DNA of 62,450 nucleotides, the filler included, from Sphacelaria rigidula (lineage: Eukaryota): NCBI GenBank assembly GCA_964200075.2. It is 8 parts of 8 records of this genome, joined end to end, with 100 filler letters (N's around TTAATTAATTAA, not from the genome) between each part and the next. Parts side by side here need not be neighbours in the genome. Positions count along the whole stretch, not along the records: positions 1 to 7,720 come from CAXNAA020013679.1; positions 7,821 to 15,539 come from CAXNAA020013680.1; 6 more parts are not named here. One strand, given 5' to 3'. The position numbers and the translations under genes were made by a program. The notes beneath the pieces were generated by a model. That model had not been told where the DNA came from and searched no databases. It saw nothing but the letters and a program-made list of their open reading frames with translations. How positions within the stretch are numbered: the first letter of the stretch is position 1; every line of letters starts with the position of its first letter. This document shows positions 1 to 12,072 of this stretch, one piece after another.

Positions 1-5
1 AATTT

Positions 6-95
6 TGTGACGGTTTAAGAGACAACTAACTAGACTACTGACCAGTCAGCGCTGACTGGTCAGTAGTCTAGTTAGTTGTCTCTTAAACCGTCACA
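6..95. repeat. Perfect 90-bp palindrome (45-bp arms, no loop) at the start of contig 1
   Basis: 6-50 (tgtgacggtttaagag...ccagtcagc) is the exact reverse complement of 51-95; the centre is agc|gct. Confidence 0.97.
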
Positions 96-208
96 GTACG
101 AAACGTGCTTTATAGCTCTATCCTTGCTATGGTTCACAACGACCGTGCTGGCAAAACTCCTGCTATCTCGAGTCTTTAATTCTGCCTCTGTCCGTCACTG
201 AAGGGCAA

Positions 209-1563
209 ATGATGGAGCATAGATTCAACTGCCGATCATAATTCTCCGACGGGGCTATTCGAGACTTCCCCACCAAATGGGGAGATGTGCTCGACGCCGT
301 CAATACACCCGTCGAAGCGATCGGGAAAATCGACGGCGGGATGCTCGGCACAACAATATTCACGTAAGGAGAAAAGACGTGTCTCGGAGTTCAAGCAGAG
401 TACATCAAGCTGACGGCAGGGACGTCGCTTTTCGACGATAGTGTCAGCGCAAAACTAAACGAGATCATGAGCCATCTCGATCGCAAGCTATGAAAGGCAC
501 GAAAAATGGCCAAGGTTGAAAACGTGGTCGTGGCTAACCTGGACCCCGCCGGAATAAACAAAAAGATAGAGGGAGGGAAAATGCTGGATCCAACTAACCA
601 TAGGTGGATTGAGCTCATGCACACGATGCTCAACTCTCTCTCTGAACTAGTATGGCAGCCCCTCAAGAATATCGTAGAAAAAGCTGTGGGTGCGACTTTG
701 ACGTACCTTGTGGCCTTTCTGCGGGCGAGGCGGAGCAATACGGACGCTCTGTACGAATGCGCGAAATCTTCGGGCGTTACGTATGCCGACATCGCCAACG
801 TTTGCACGCTGCTGCTGTTTAGCCTTTCATTCCAGCGCTCTCAAGTGCTCAGGGAAGCGACAATAACCGAGTTCATGGTCGTGCCCAACGCAACTCACCA
901 TGATTTCACTTTCAAGGACAGGAAATTCAAAACGGAATCATCGAGCGGGAGCCCGTCCGCACCGCCGGTCAGTCGTTTTATGTTGACCCCAGATCAGTCC
1001 ATGATCATGAAGTTCATAGCAACCGCCGGACACAAGCTTTGTAATTTGCAACGCCTGGGCGATGAGAAAATAAGGCTGTTTGTCAATACCAAGGGGCAAA
1101 GTTGGGCTCAAAAAGATATATCGTCCAGGTTTCAAATCCTGGGACGACAGTGGCTTGGAATCGAGAACTTTGGCCCACACGTCTGCAGGAGCTTTTGGGC
1201 CTCGAGCGCCTTGAACGTTTGCCAGATAGGGTCCCAGAACCTGGAAAGCTGCGGCAGCTTCCCGCAGGTTTCAACACCATTCTACGGAACAGCTACATGT
1301 CTGCATCGGCAAAAACAGCGGCTTATACAGTAGGTAACGACGTGCTTGGGGCGGTCTCTAACATGTCTTGCACAGGAAAAGTGATGGCACGAGCCAATCG
1401 TCCCAGTGGTAAAAAGATAAGCGCAAGACGGCTTCAGTCCATGACAGACGTCAATGCATCACTGACCAAGAACAGCGGTGCCGGCAGACAGTTGTTCCGC
1501 AACTTGACGAAAAAGAGGAACGTATCTCAGCTTCCGGTGGGGGAGGAATGGTTCCATTTTTAA
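209..1563 (+). pseudogene. Degenerate tyrosine recombinase (phage-integrase fold), intronless
   Basis: ORF 506-1333 has LSFQRSQVLRE (Arg, 836-838), FKDRKFKT (Lys) and GPHVCRSFWAS (HxxR, 1178-1189). A one-base frameshift near 1275 joins QVS to TILRNSY (Tyr, 1294-1296) in ORF 1102-1563. The same frame extends upstream to ATG 209 through in-frame stops at 239, 365 and 491. Confidence 0.8.
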
Positions 1564-1584
1564 AACACGTGTTTTTACCAAGGC

Positions 1585-2046
1585 TTGTTGAAAAGCACGA
1601 GAAAATGTAGTCGCGGGTGTCGCGCCACGCAAATATGCACTGGAACCCCTGTAATGTTTGCTGTTATCGTCGAAGTGATTCATTTTGCATTCACGTTGAC
1701 TCACAACACAAACAAGCGACCCCACGTTCGATGAACGCGGCACATTTTCGATTTTCGACGCGGCACATTTTCTGGTGAGCTGTACCTCATCTGCTTCATG
1801 AGCAACGGTTTCTTAGGATTGTTGAAAAGCATGAGAAAATGTAGGCGGGGGTGTCGCGCCACGCAAATATGCACTGGAACCCCTGTAATGTTTGCTGGTA
1901 TCGTCGAAGTGATTCATTTTGCGTTCACGTCATATACTCAATTGACGCACAACACAAACAAGCGACCCCACGTTCAATGAACGCGGCATATTTTCGATTT
2001 TCGACGCGGCACATTTTTTGGCGAGCTGTACCTCATCTGCTTCATG
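1585..2046 (+). repeat. Tandem duplication of about 230 bp just downstream of the recombinase
   Basis: 1585-1800 and 1819-2046 are near-identical (ttgttgaaaagca...ctcatctgcttcatg). Confidence 0.92.
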
Positions 2047-2412
2047 CACCGACTTTTCTTCTCTTGCTCCACAGACGCGTATTTCACAACGTTCATGATA
2101 TGCGACGAATATGTGTCATGTGCCTTGTGGCATGTGCCATGAGTCCCGTGCCATACTCGTGTCCACCACACACGTACGTGCGCTGCCCACGCTCTCCTCT
2201 CTCTATCGACCCATACAGAAGCGCAAAATTGAAACACCGTTGTGCTTGCCTCAAAGCCGTAAACAAGCAGTGGTGCCTATACAAGACGCTGAATGCTCCA
2301 AAAGTTTCACCGTCACAGCCGTACCGATACACATACACGCGCGCGAGAGAGGGCGAGAACCCTGCACCGTAAAAACATCCCAGCTGTTTTCTTCCAGCTG
2401 TAAATATATGTG

Positions 2413-2480
2413 TATGTATGTATGTATGTATGTATGTATGTATGTATGTATGTATGTATGTATGTATGTATGTATGTATG
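2413..2480 (+). repeat. (TATG)17 microsatellite
   Basis: Read directly from the sequence. Confidence 0.97.
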
Positions 2481-5400
2481 ACCACATAATTTCAACCTTG
2501 CTTACCAGTCCACGCTACGTTAGGACGCGGAGGGGGACTGCGGTGCGGTGGATTGAGCGCTGCTGGTCTCTCTGCGCCACTTTGTTGCTGCTGTGTTGGG
2601 TGTCAGGTGTTGTTTTTTCTTTCAATTTGCGTCACGTCAGTACGCTCTTCGTATCGACGCGTCAGCTCGTGCCAGCTATACTGCGACGAGGTTATATTTG
2701 TACAGCCACGTGTGGGGGCTCAGGGAGCAGGGAGGAATCGATAACTATCGGACACCGCTATGCGCGTGCTACGCCGTGCCACCGCACCGCATCCGTCTGG
2801 CAGCAGAGCTGGAGTCATCACGGGGCTACAATAGCAACAGCAGCAGCTGCACTGCTGCTGCTGCTGGCACTGCTGCTGCTCATGTTCGGGTAGTCGAAAA
2901 AGGCAACAGCCAGGCAGCGCGCGCGCAGCCGTTACACGGGGTTCCTGGGCCTCTGACCCCTGTTTTTTGCCCAAACCCAAGACTAATATGGATTCCATAA
3001 CTTCTCCAAGAAAGCGCGGCGGAATTACACTTCCCAACCCCTACTCTAATTCCCACATAATTTTTTTCATATATAGGAGAAGGCGATCCGTCGGTAAGAG
3101 CAGATTTTCTCTCGTGACAACCGATCGAAGGTGAGCCCTCGGTCGGTCTTCTATGGGAAGTCTGTTTGCGCGTATCTCCTCCAGTGGGCGCTCGATTGAC
3201 TCCAGGTCTTCTCTTGACGTGTTCGGCGGATGCATGTATCCCTTGCATGTATCATACCCCAACTCAAAGTATCTGTACGGCATACGTGCATAGCACCAGG
3301 TACTGCCGAAGGTGATGCGTATGTATGCTTAATCATTCCACAGTGGTCTAGCCCCTCCGCGGGATACGTCACATGTAAGTGAACACACGCACACAAAACT
3401 CTACACCCGCAAGCAAATGTAAGTAAGTTCCATTCGCCTCGCGAGGAAAAGCAGGAAATACGTGTAAAGAGGGTTCGTCTCTCGAGAGAGCATGGGCTTC
3501 TTCTGCTTTTTTCTGGCCGTACAGAAACATGTCGTGTCCGATCGGCTCGTCGTGTGTGACAAAATGTCCCAGACTGAAGCCCTTGAATGGGGGGAGTTAT
3601 TTTGGGATCATCACAATGGCACAGCTCGTGATACTAAATTACCTGCAGTAGGCTAGGATGGCTGTGGTTGTTTGTGGACGCACAGGAGACTTGATGACTA
3701 CGTCGTTTGCCGTTTTCGTATCCGACAACCCGGCCTATTCCAACTGCCGCCGCCTAGTTGATGCCCAACCAAAAATATGCACTGCCCTGCCCGTGTCGCG
3801 GCATGCATGTGTGATCAATGAGGACGGCCCCCTGCCCGCCGGCGCATCTTTGTCGAGGGCAGGTACATACGAGGGATCGCAACGAGGAAAGGAAGGGGTG
3901 GCCAGGTCGCACCAGCTTTTGTCTCTCCTCCATCGTAGAGGATTAGCTTCTTCAGAGGGACGAACATGAAGGGCGTAGCCTCCGATCGGGAAACTACCGC
4001 GCAGGTAGCGCGGGGGCGAGCCTGGCGTGACTCCAAGGACAGACCACCTGAGACAGTATCAAAACCAGCATCAGCGGGTAGCATTGCGGCAGATCGGGCG
4101 GCGACAGGAGTGGGTGACGCCGTGTTGCCCGTGACGCCGGGGGTTGCGGGTGCAGCGGGTTCAGTGGATTCTACTTTTTTCACGTCAGATGAGCCTGTGA
4201 CCCAGAAGGTGCACTTATTCATGCTCCGTCAGCCTCTCATTTGTTTTTCGTTGCTGCTTTCCCTTGGCATTTGAGGCGCGTGCATCATTTGTTGATCCAC
4301 TCTCTCTTTGTCTCTTGTTGGTTTCAAAGGACTTTAACGTGTGTCCACCGCTTGTTTGCGCTCTCTCACCTCTCCGGCAAGAGTCACTTGGAATTTGTAG
4401 TCGCTCGCCCGCCGCCTGTCACGCACACGTGTTATGTATTCATCGGGCTGGTCGCTCCTCCATCATCTTGTCCGCTAACTCACTTCCTTCCGTAAATGAA
4501 ACATGAACCTTAGTCAGTATCATCTGCCCATCTCTGTCACACACACGATCTCTTAACACCCCAACCTCCCGCGTGCCAAAAAACACTTGTCGCACATTCA
4601 TTCGAAGTTGTTGCTGCGTGGTGGTGTTTATTCCCGACCTCCACCGAAGCAGCTCTTTGAAACTCCCGTCGGGCGGGCGTTGCGCGACGTCAACACGTCA
4701 AACCAATGGTCGACCCTCACGGGCGTCCTCTCCAAGGTGAACAAAAAGCTCCCCGCGCGGCACCAAGTGGACGCAAGGACTCTGGCCAGACTTGTGACCT
4801 CTGAGTCCGCTGCGGAGCTTGCAAGGAACGGCGTGTGGGTGACGAGCTTTGGTGCTAAGTACATGCCGATTGTGATCGTCAACCGCGGCTACGCTCGAAA
4901 GGTAGCCCAAGGGGAAGAACAGGGCTGCTGCTCGTGCGGGCAAGGCGAGCGGAGCGGTTCAGACTCCTCCCGCTTCTTTGGATCCCAGGATTACAATGCA
5001 GGCAGACACGCTCTGGAGGCGAGCGCGCACAGCCTCAGTTGCCTCTGTTGGACGCCACCAGCTACAGGCCACCTACACAGCTGGAGAAGAGGGTTTGACT
5101 AGTACGCGATTACTATCTTGTCCAGGTCGCTGGTGTCATGTCGATTTTACAATTTGAGGTTGCGGCGGACTCCGGCGACATCTCGGCGAGAGCTGGCCTA
5201 AACTGTTGTACATGTTGTAGTCTGAACTGGTACATTTTGTCGGAAGTGCCAGACCGTATGTTAAGAGGGCGGCTGCGACTCTTGAGGAGGCCGACTTTGC
5301 GGCATGGAGGAAAGTCGCGCGGAACCTCATTCTGTTGTAGCAAGCATACGATGCGGTTTCCGCTCGCTGTGTATGACAAATCGAAATCGCGTAGGATGCG

Positions 5401-6113
5401 ATCTAGGATGGCACATCTACGCGATTTTGGCCGTAAGCCGCCGAAGATGCTCCAAACGGTGACAGTGCTCATGCTGGAAGTCTTGGGAAAGAAGCCAAGT
5501 CGCACTGGTGACCATAAGCAGCAGCCCGGGTTAGGGGCTTTATTACCGCGCATGCATTGTACGAAGTAGGGGATAAACGGAATAGTCAACGTCTAGGGCA
5601 ATATACGGACTCCTGTTAGGCATGTATGAATTCTTCGATTCTCCACGTGTGATGGGGTAGTAGCCATGCCAGGAAATAAATGAAGGCGCGTGTCTCCTCT
5701 GCTTAGTCCTGACCTGCCTACAAGCTACACCTGTCGTTTGGCGGGCGGGGGAACGGACTACAAGGACAGGACGTGAATATTCTCACAGCTGACCGCACAA
5801 CGAAGAACATAAATAAGCAATGCTCGGCCCTCTCTGGCCGGCTGCGGGCCTCCCTGGCATCAGGGACCTCACAACGTTTTTTGCTTGCCTTCTTGTTTCG
5901 AAATGTCTTTGTTGGGGCTGAAAATACATGGGACTGCTGGATCTGCACGCCGATGGCAACACCGCAGATGCGGGATTCGAAGACAACCGACAAGGAGGAC
6001 GCGAATAGCTCGCGGATGTCACTAATACAAGTGGGGAGATATTTTGATCGACGAAACACAAGCCAAGCCAGGCGCCCATAAAACGTCAACGAGGCACCGA
6101 AAACCACAGTGAA

Positions 6114-6432
6114 CAGGAGATTCTATGAAATGAGGTTTGAGGAGGCTAGCCAGTATGCGACAAAAACCCGAGGGAAGTACCGTCCGCAAATGCCCTCGAT
6201 CATTTTCGGGAGGGGGGCGTACTCATTTGTTGCTTGCCTTAGTCGTTTGACTATTGACCTTTCGAGACGGGGCGTGGTCAATGGTCAAACGACTAAGGCA
6301 AGCAACAAACAAGTACCCCCCGAAAATGATAGAAGGCACTTGCGGACGGTACTTGCCTCGGGTTTTTGGCGCATAGTGGCTAGCCCCCTCAAACCTCATT
6401 CATTGATCAACCTCATTTCATAGAATCCCCTG
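6114..6432. mobile_element. Foldback/MITE-like element with arms of about 145 bp
   Basis: caggagattctatgaaatgagg at 6114 pairs with cctcatttcatagaatcccctg ending at 6432, and the arms pair inward to about 6259/6276. No TSD seen. Confidence 0.8.
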
Positions 6433-7479
6433 CTGATGGCAGTCGAACCAAGTGTTTCATTTCTCCCTCTAATGCTACTTTACTGTACTCCGCCTGATTT
6501 CACCATACACATGGCATGCTCATACTTGGAAGTATGCGAAGTAACACCTAGCCAGCAAAAGGGCTGGACGACCTCCGAACCGTAGCAATCAAGGAAAGGG
6601 TTTCAAGACGCCCCGTGTGGCTTTATGCGTCCACCCTACTGTAATAGCTGTCCATGACGAATCGCACTTCACACTTTGACAGCAATTGACGACGAGCGTA
6701 GATATCGGCCGCATTCCGGGGCGATACCCTCCCTGCCTATACGCATCAAGGAATGAGCAAGACGTCGGGTCAGCAAAACCGTTACAATCTGCAGTACGAA
6801 AGTACCACCAGATACCAGACGTTGCAGGTCGGCAATCATCCAGATATGTCGTGGGATTGTAACGGTCATGATGTACCGATCGTCATGATTAGGCCTGAGT
6901 CCTCTGTGCCGGCATACTTCCTAGCATAAATCGTCTTTTTTGCTCGGATTAGGATACGAGCATATTGTCAGCATAATCAGGGCTGAGCTAGCATGATCCT
7001 CCGTTCAGCGGCATAATTCGGTAGAATAACACCGTTACCGACTATTTTAATGTAGAGCATGATTTCTACAACGAAACACAAAACATACAGCGTACAGTAC
7101 AGTGTACTACGTGTACAGCACACAGCCACGAGCTACGAGAGAGGGGAAAGAGAGAGAGGGCACAGAGGTACAGACGTACCAGGTATGGCACAGGTGCCAG
7201 CCAGCGACGATGCGCCTGGTTTCATCCCTACAACGCAACGGTGCCGTACCTTGTGGATAATGACCATTTATTTGAAGAAATCTCGAACACACATCGCCTG
7301 TAGAGGTACTCAGTTCAGGAGATACGACCGTACGTGCGCTGTCGACGCTTCATCGCTCTGAATCTTCGCCCACATGTCATGTGAAGCACACAAAACAAGC
7401 TCACATGGCTGAATCTGGGCTCGCGGCTTGCAGTAGCACACAACGGGCCGAAAAGAGGTCAGTTCCTGTTCCGATAGTT

Positions 7480-7720
7480 TGTTGTTGTGTGTGTTGTCGT
7501 CCCATTTATTCTGGGCGCCAGTCTACCCCTTTCGGGATATGTGGGCGCATCAGCCGGGGTCACACAGGAAAAGGTCAACACAGGAGCTTTTTTTCATTTA
7601 TTCATTTGTTTTTAGTACCCCACCTTCCTTCTGCGGTGCTTGCCTTTGTTTTTTTATCGCGGGAGGGGTTCAGCAGTCCCTTTCCTTCGTCGACCGTTAA
7701 GTCGAATTTTGTGTACCCAC
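7480..7720 (-). mobile_element. 3' part of a tRNA-derived SINE (family A), truncated at the contig end
   Basis: Reverse complement matches about 50410-50657 (gggcgcatcagccggggtcacacagga; aataaatgggacgacaacac tail). Confidence 0.8.
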
Positions 7721-7820
7721 NNNNNNNNNNNNNNNNNNNNNNNNNNNNNNNNNNNNNNNNNNNNTTAATTAATTAANNNNNNNNNNNNNNNNNNNNNNNN
7801 NNNNNNNNNNNNNNNNNNNN
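7721..7820. other. Artificial contig linker N44-TTAATTAATTAA-N44
   Basis: 100-bp spacer with stop codons in all six frames. Confidence 0.98.
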
Positions 7821-10424
7821 TGCTCCGTCCCGGCTTTGTAGGGGCGGACCCCCGATGGGGTTGGCGTCGGCTGGCGATGGCACTACAAAATACTCCACTC
7901 ACTGCGTAAGCTAGGCAACCAGGTTACCGACTTGTTTTTGCGCTCTTGCGGGTTTTTTTTGCGGTAACCATGATGGTAGTCGAGCTAGATCATGTTACGC
8001 GGCGTGGGAGAACCTCAACTCCGCACAAAGAAGATGACCGTACTATGTGGTGTTGACATGGTGAGACACCCATGAGGCAGTGTATAAGCCGTGGCTGTCT
8101 CTGGAAGTGGCGATACCAGCAAATGAAGCAACTCATTGTAGGCTGTCATACTAATGCAAGATAATCAGTACGCTTCGGACGGAACAATCTTAGCAGGATG
8201 CGGCTCACCCTTTATGCGAGTCACGGGGCACACCACGGCGCTTCGCGCTTGGTGATTAATTGCGAGCCTGGTCCTGCGAAAACCCGGCGTGCTCTATCTC
8301 GGCTTTGTAGGGATGCGAGGTCAATATTCAGGTGACTATGACATGTAATTTCATGAGTACACCCCCACCCCTCCGCAGAGTGCCCGTACGATTCGGCGGA
8401 CTGTTGTGCAAGTTCTAGGGGGACCCATTGCCTGCAGGTGGTACTGATCGACAGCTGAATGTAGTCTTACACCAGAGTGTGAGCTATATTCTGGTCTTGG
8501 TTTTTCTCGCGGGACCGCCGACGTGAAAATCGGTCAATTTCGCTTCCTCCTTTGTTCGCAGGAGGGGGGTTATTGATATTTTCTTTTTTTCCACGAAAAA
8601 AACAGCGGGCAAACCCCGGCTAACATGGGGAGCAGTTGCCTTCCTCGGACGGCGCGTGCGGCCACTGCACTGTACAGGTTTCATGACATGTTTTTGGATC
8701 CAAGCAAAAAATAAAATAAAAAGTTATCCCAATAATACAATCGGAGAGAAAAAACGTACATGGTGAATGCATAAAATATCACACAAATTCGTGGACCCCA
8801 AGTTTCCGAACGAAGGAGGTGTATGCCAACTCTATTTTAAATGTGCTTTGTCTTCCGAGTCCGATGAGCTTCGATTCAGGTTTGCTTCTTTGCTGATCGT
8901 ATATTTATAAAAGTGATGTAAGGAAATCATGTGCGATGCGTACTGTACAGCGAAGCGTCAGACAGTAGGAGTGCCCCCCCCATCATATTCCTAGGTGGGC
9001 GAGAGGGACACGAACAGTACAGCACTACAATACGACATGACGCACGGTGCATTTTTTACGTCATAGCAGTCCGTCACGCATTTGTAAAAGAGGCGAAAAA
9101 CAAGGGGAAAAAAACTAAATCGACGATATCAATTGACGTCTGACCGAGAAGTGATCATCGGTAACAATGATGGTGAGAGAAGTGATGAATAACTCAACAA
9201 TGATTGTATCTTAACGAGGACACTGATCGCAATATTAGGGATGATACTGATATTGCAATTGCAAATCATGCGGAGAGTACGTTTCACAGGTTGCTAAGGT
9301 TCTGTAACCTGAAGGCTTTCTCCCACGCCACCCCGCGGCTTGGTTGCTGGGTTGCTCCTCGCGAGAGACGGATCCTTTACGACCAATACAACTCGCACAT
9401 GCTCCGTACTACAACGAAACCCCATACTTACCAGGAGAGAGAAAAACGCACACCGTCTCTCCGCGGTAGCCGGTCTCCCTCGTGAAAGCCAAGTGTGCTA
9501 CTAATCGCTCAATCATACAACAACGATGATCATCAGTCAATACAAGTCAGACTCACACGTAGTTACCGATAAAACGATTCTGCAAACTATCTTCGTCTGG
9601 TCTCTCTCGCCATGCTGTACACGGCCGACACGGCCGCCATCTAATCCCTCCAACTGTAGCGCACGGTACCACTGTACTGTACCAACACCATGAAGCGGTG
9701 ACTGACGTCTGAAAATGTCTCACCTGCCGTCTCCCGAGACAATTATGGTGCTCCCCTTGAGCTCATCCTGAGGGAACGTGTCCATAACGGCCTGAACGAA
9801 ATTGTTCAGGTACGCCCCAGCCTCCCACACCTTCACCTGTTTCGCCATTGTCATTGGTTCACACGCAACATACCAGATCGATTGATCGATTGATCACATT
9901 GAACGACTGCGGGAGGAGGAATGGGGGGGTGTACTCATGATCTTGCATGCCATCGTCATATGACCATTGACCTCGTATCCTTTACAAAGCCGAGGCGGAG
10001 CACGCCGGGTTTTCGCCGGACTAGGCTCGTCGGGGAGAGCGGGGGGTACCACAGGAACGGGATCGAAATGCTCGCGGGTTTTGAGTCGCTATCGGGTACG
10101 GTACATTTGCGGCGGAATCACATCATTATTTTATTTGGTCTTTACAAAATACTGCCCTCGTTCACGTTTGAAAGAACATCAGAACACGTGAAGCTAACCT
10201 GACTTTACGAAAACGCTGGGGTGAAAAAATAAACCCAGGCTCGCTTGCTTAGCTTCTCGTGTTATATTGCACGTTTTTAGTCAACACAAGAGGGACGGGT
10301 ACGTCTTCGAAGGGGACTACACAAGACGTGTTATAAGGGAAACGATGCTCTGCTTCGAGCAACGCACGACTGTACTGACCGCTTGTAGGGAAAAGGAGCA
10401 AAACAACTGGTGAGAATTGTGTTA

Positions 10425-10978
10425 GTGTGTTGTCATCCCATATATTCTGTGCACCTACACATTTTCGGTGTTTGCGAGCGCACGAGCCAAAGTCACCCAA
10501 AGGTTCGTTTCCTTTTCTATTTGTCCACCTACGCTTGTCATCGCGAGGAGAAATTGATTTTACTGAGTTTAGCTTACTGACAAAGTTGCCGCTTTCCAAC
10601 TTCCTTTTTTTTCTCGTCTTTGTTCTCTTCTTTGTTCTCTTCTTTGTCTTTGTCTTCGTCTTCGTCTTTTCTCAGTCTACCCTGTTTGTCTGTTCTACCT
10701 TTTCTATTTGTTTCAGTTTTTTTTTAGCAAGTGTTCCACTTTCGTTTGTTTCGAGTACTGTACGTCTATCACGTGGATAATGACCACGGCTGGATCATAA
10801 CTCCTTGGGGATCAGTTAAAGCGCGACAATCCAACAATCAATCGATCAATCGACCACTGTTCTGCACGTTGTGAGAAAAATAAAACGATTCGGGTGACTT
10901 CACCAAGTGTCGATCGAACTCACGACCTAACCGTCAGGAGGTTTTCGAAGTTACCAACCGAACCACCGAGGCGACCGG
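10425..10978 (-). mobile_element. tRNA-derived SINE-like element with family-A head and tail but a different body
   Basis: The minus-strand head gtcgcctcggtggttcggttgg...ggtcgtgagttcgatc has A/B-box-like motifs and is followed by tttttctcacaacgtgcagaacagtgg, as at about 50365. The tail gaatatatgggatgacaacacac resembles the family-A tail. Confidence 0.55.
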
Positions 10979-11366
10979 CTTGCCTTCTCTATCTTACACG
11001 CTGTAGACTCTGTACAGCATGCGCAACCGGATTTCAACGTGTTCATGACGTCGCGTCTAGCAAAACAATCCCATACGACGAGTAGTACAAGTAGTACATG
11101 CATGGTGTTGGAAGAAACTACATATCCTAAGGTCGTCTCTCATATCATCCCGACACCTCATGCGCCACGAGATGAGCTGCTACGCCAACATAGCAACGCG
11201 ATGGAGAAGTGTTTCCAAGTGCACAAGCGCCGTTATCATGCAGTACTCTTAGACAGCAAGTATTCGTTATGCTCCAATGCAAAATAAGTGTGGAATGCGT
11301 ACGCGTCTTCTCCTCTGCCCTCATCACAGCAGCTTTTTAAGGGTTCTCATCCACATAACTATATTT

Positions 11367-12072
11367 AAGCCTGAAAAAAGTCACTGAAAAAGTTCGTTTC
11401 GATCGGTTCCCAGATTTTTTCTTCAGGACACGACATTTCAGGGCCATTTTTTGTGACAAGAAAACTCTCTGAAAATTGCGAGTTTTTTTTTACAGACTGC
11501 AATATTTTTCCAAATCTGTCAGAAAAAAAAGGTCAGTTTTCAGTGAGATCAAACTGTCTGTAAAGGGCCCTCCATCAAACACTCCTCTCACACCGAACCT
11601 GCTGCAACGGTACAGTCCGTGCTCCATCACACACTTCTCGCATATTCTCGCATACAAGCGCAGTACAGTCAGTGCAACAGTAGCCACGCATGTTGTATGT
11701 ACTGTTGTACGCACAGTACCAAGCGGCGGTCGGTTGAAGCACGAGATGATACTTGTGTCGTTTCGACCCCTACTACACCAGTGGAAGTCGCTACTGCGTG
11801 TGTGTGCGTGTGTGTGTGTGGTATTTTCATCCCATCTATTCTGCACGTGCACGAAAGTTCGTATTAGTTCACCGCAGGTGGTACAGTCACAAAATGCAAA
11901 TGATGACCACTCCCACCGTCTGCACGCAGACTAAATGATGACCTTGGATTTACAAACCACCAGGGTTTTTTCATGAACTAAAAGGTGGGGTTTTTAAAAC
12001 GGGCTTTTCTGAAGAAAAGTAACTGAAAAATGTCGGCCACCCGAAATTTTTTCAGCGACTTTTCTCAGTCTA
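11367..12072. mobile_element. MITE-like element with imperfect terminal inverted repeats (TIRs)
   Basis: aagcctgaaaaaagtcactgaaaaagttcg resembles the reverse complement of cgaaattttttcagcgactttttctcagtcta. No TSD identified. Confidence 0.55.

Noticed and set aside
506-1563. Calling the contig-1 recombinase a protelomerase
   Set aside because: It lacks the GRR and GH motifs typical of TelN/TelK; only the general tyrosine recombinase assignment is supported.
2093-2893. Long ORFs with HTYI/MYVC repeats
   Set aside because: Products of the TATG microsatellite and CAG/CTG repeats.
7765-7776. TTAATTAATTAA as a biological motif
   Set aside because: Identical in all seven gaps and embedded in Ns; it is an assembly linker.
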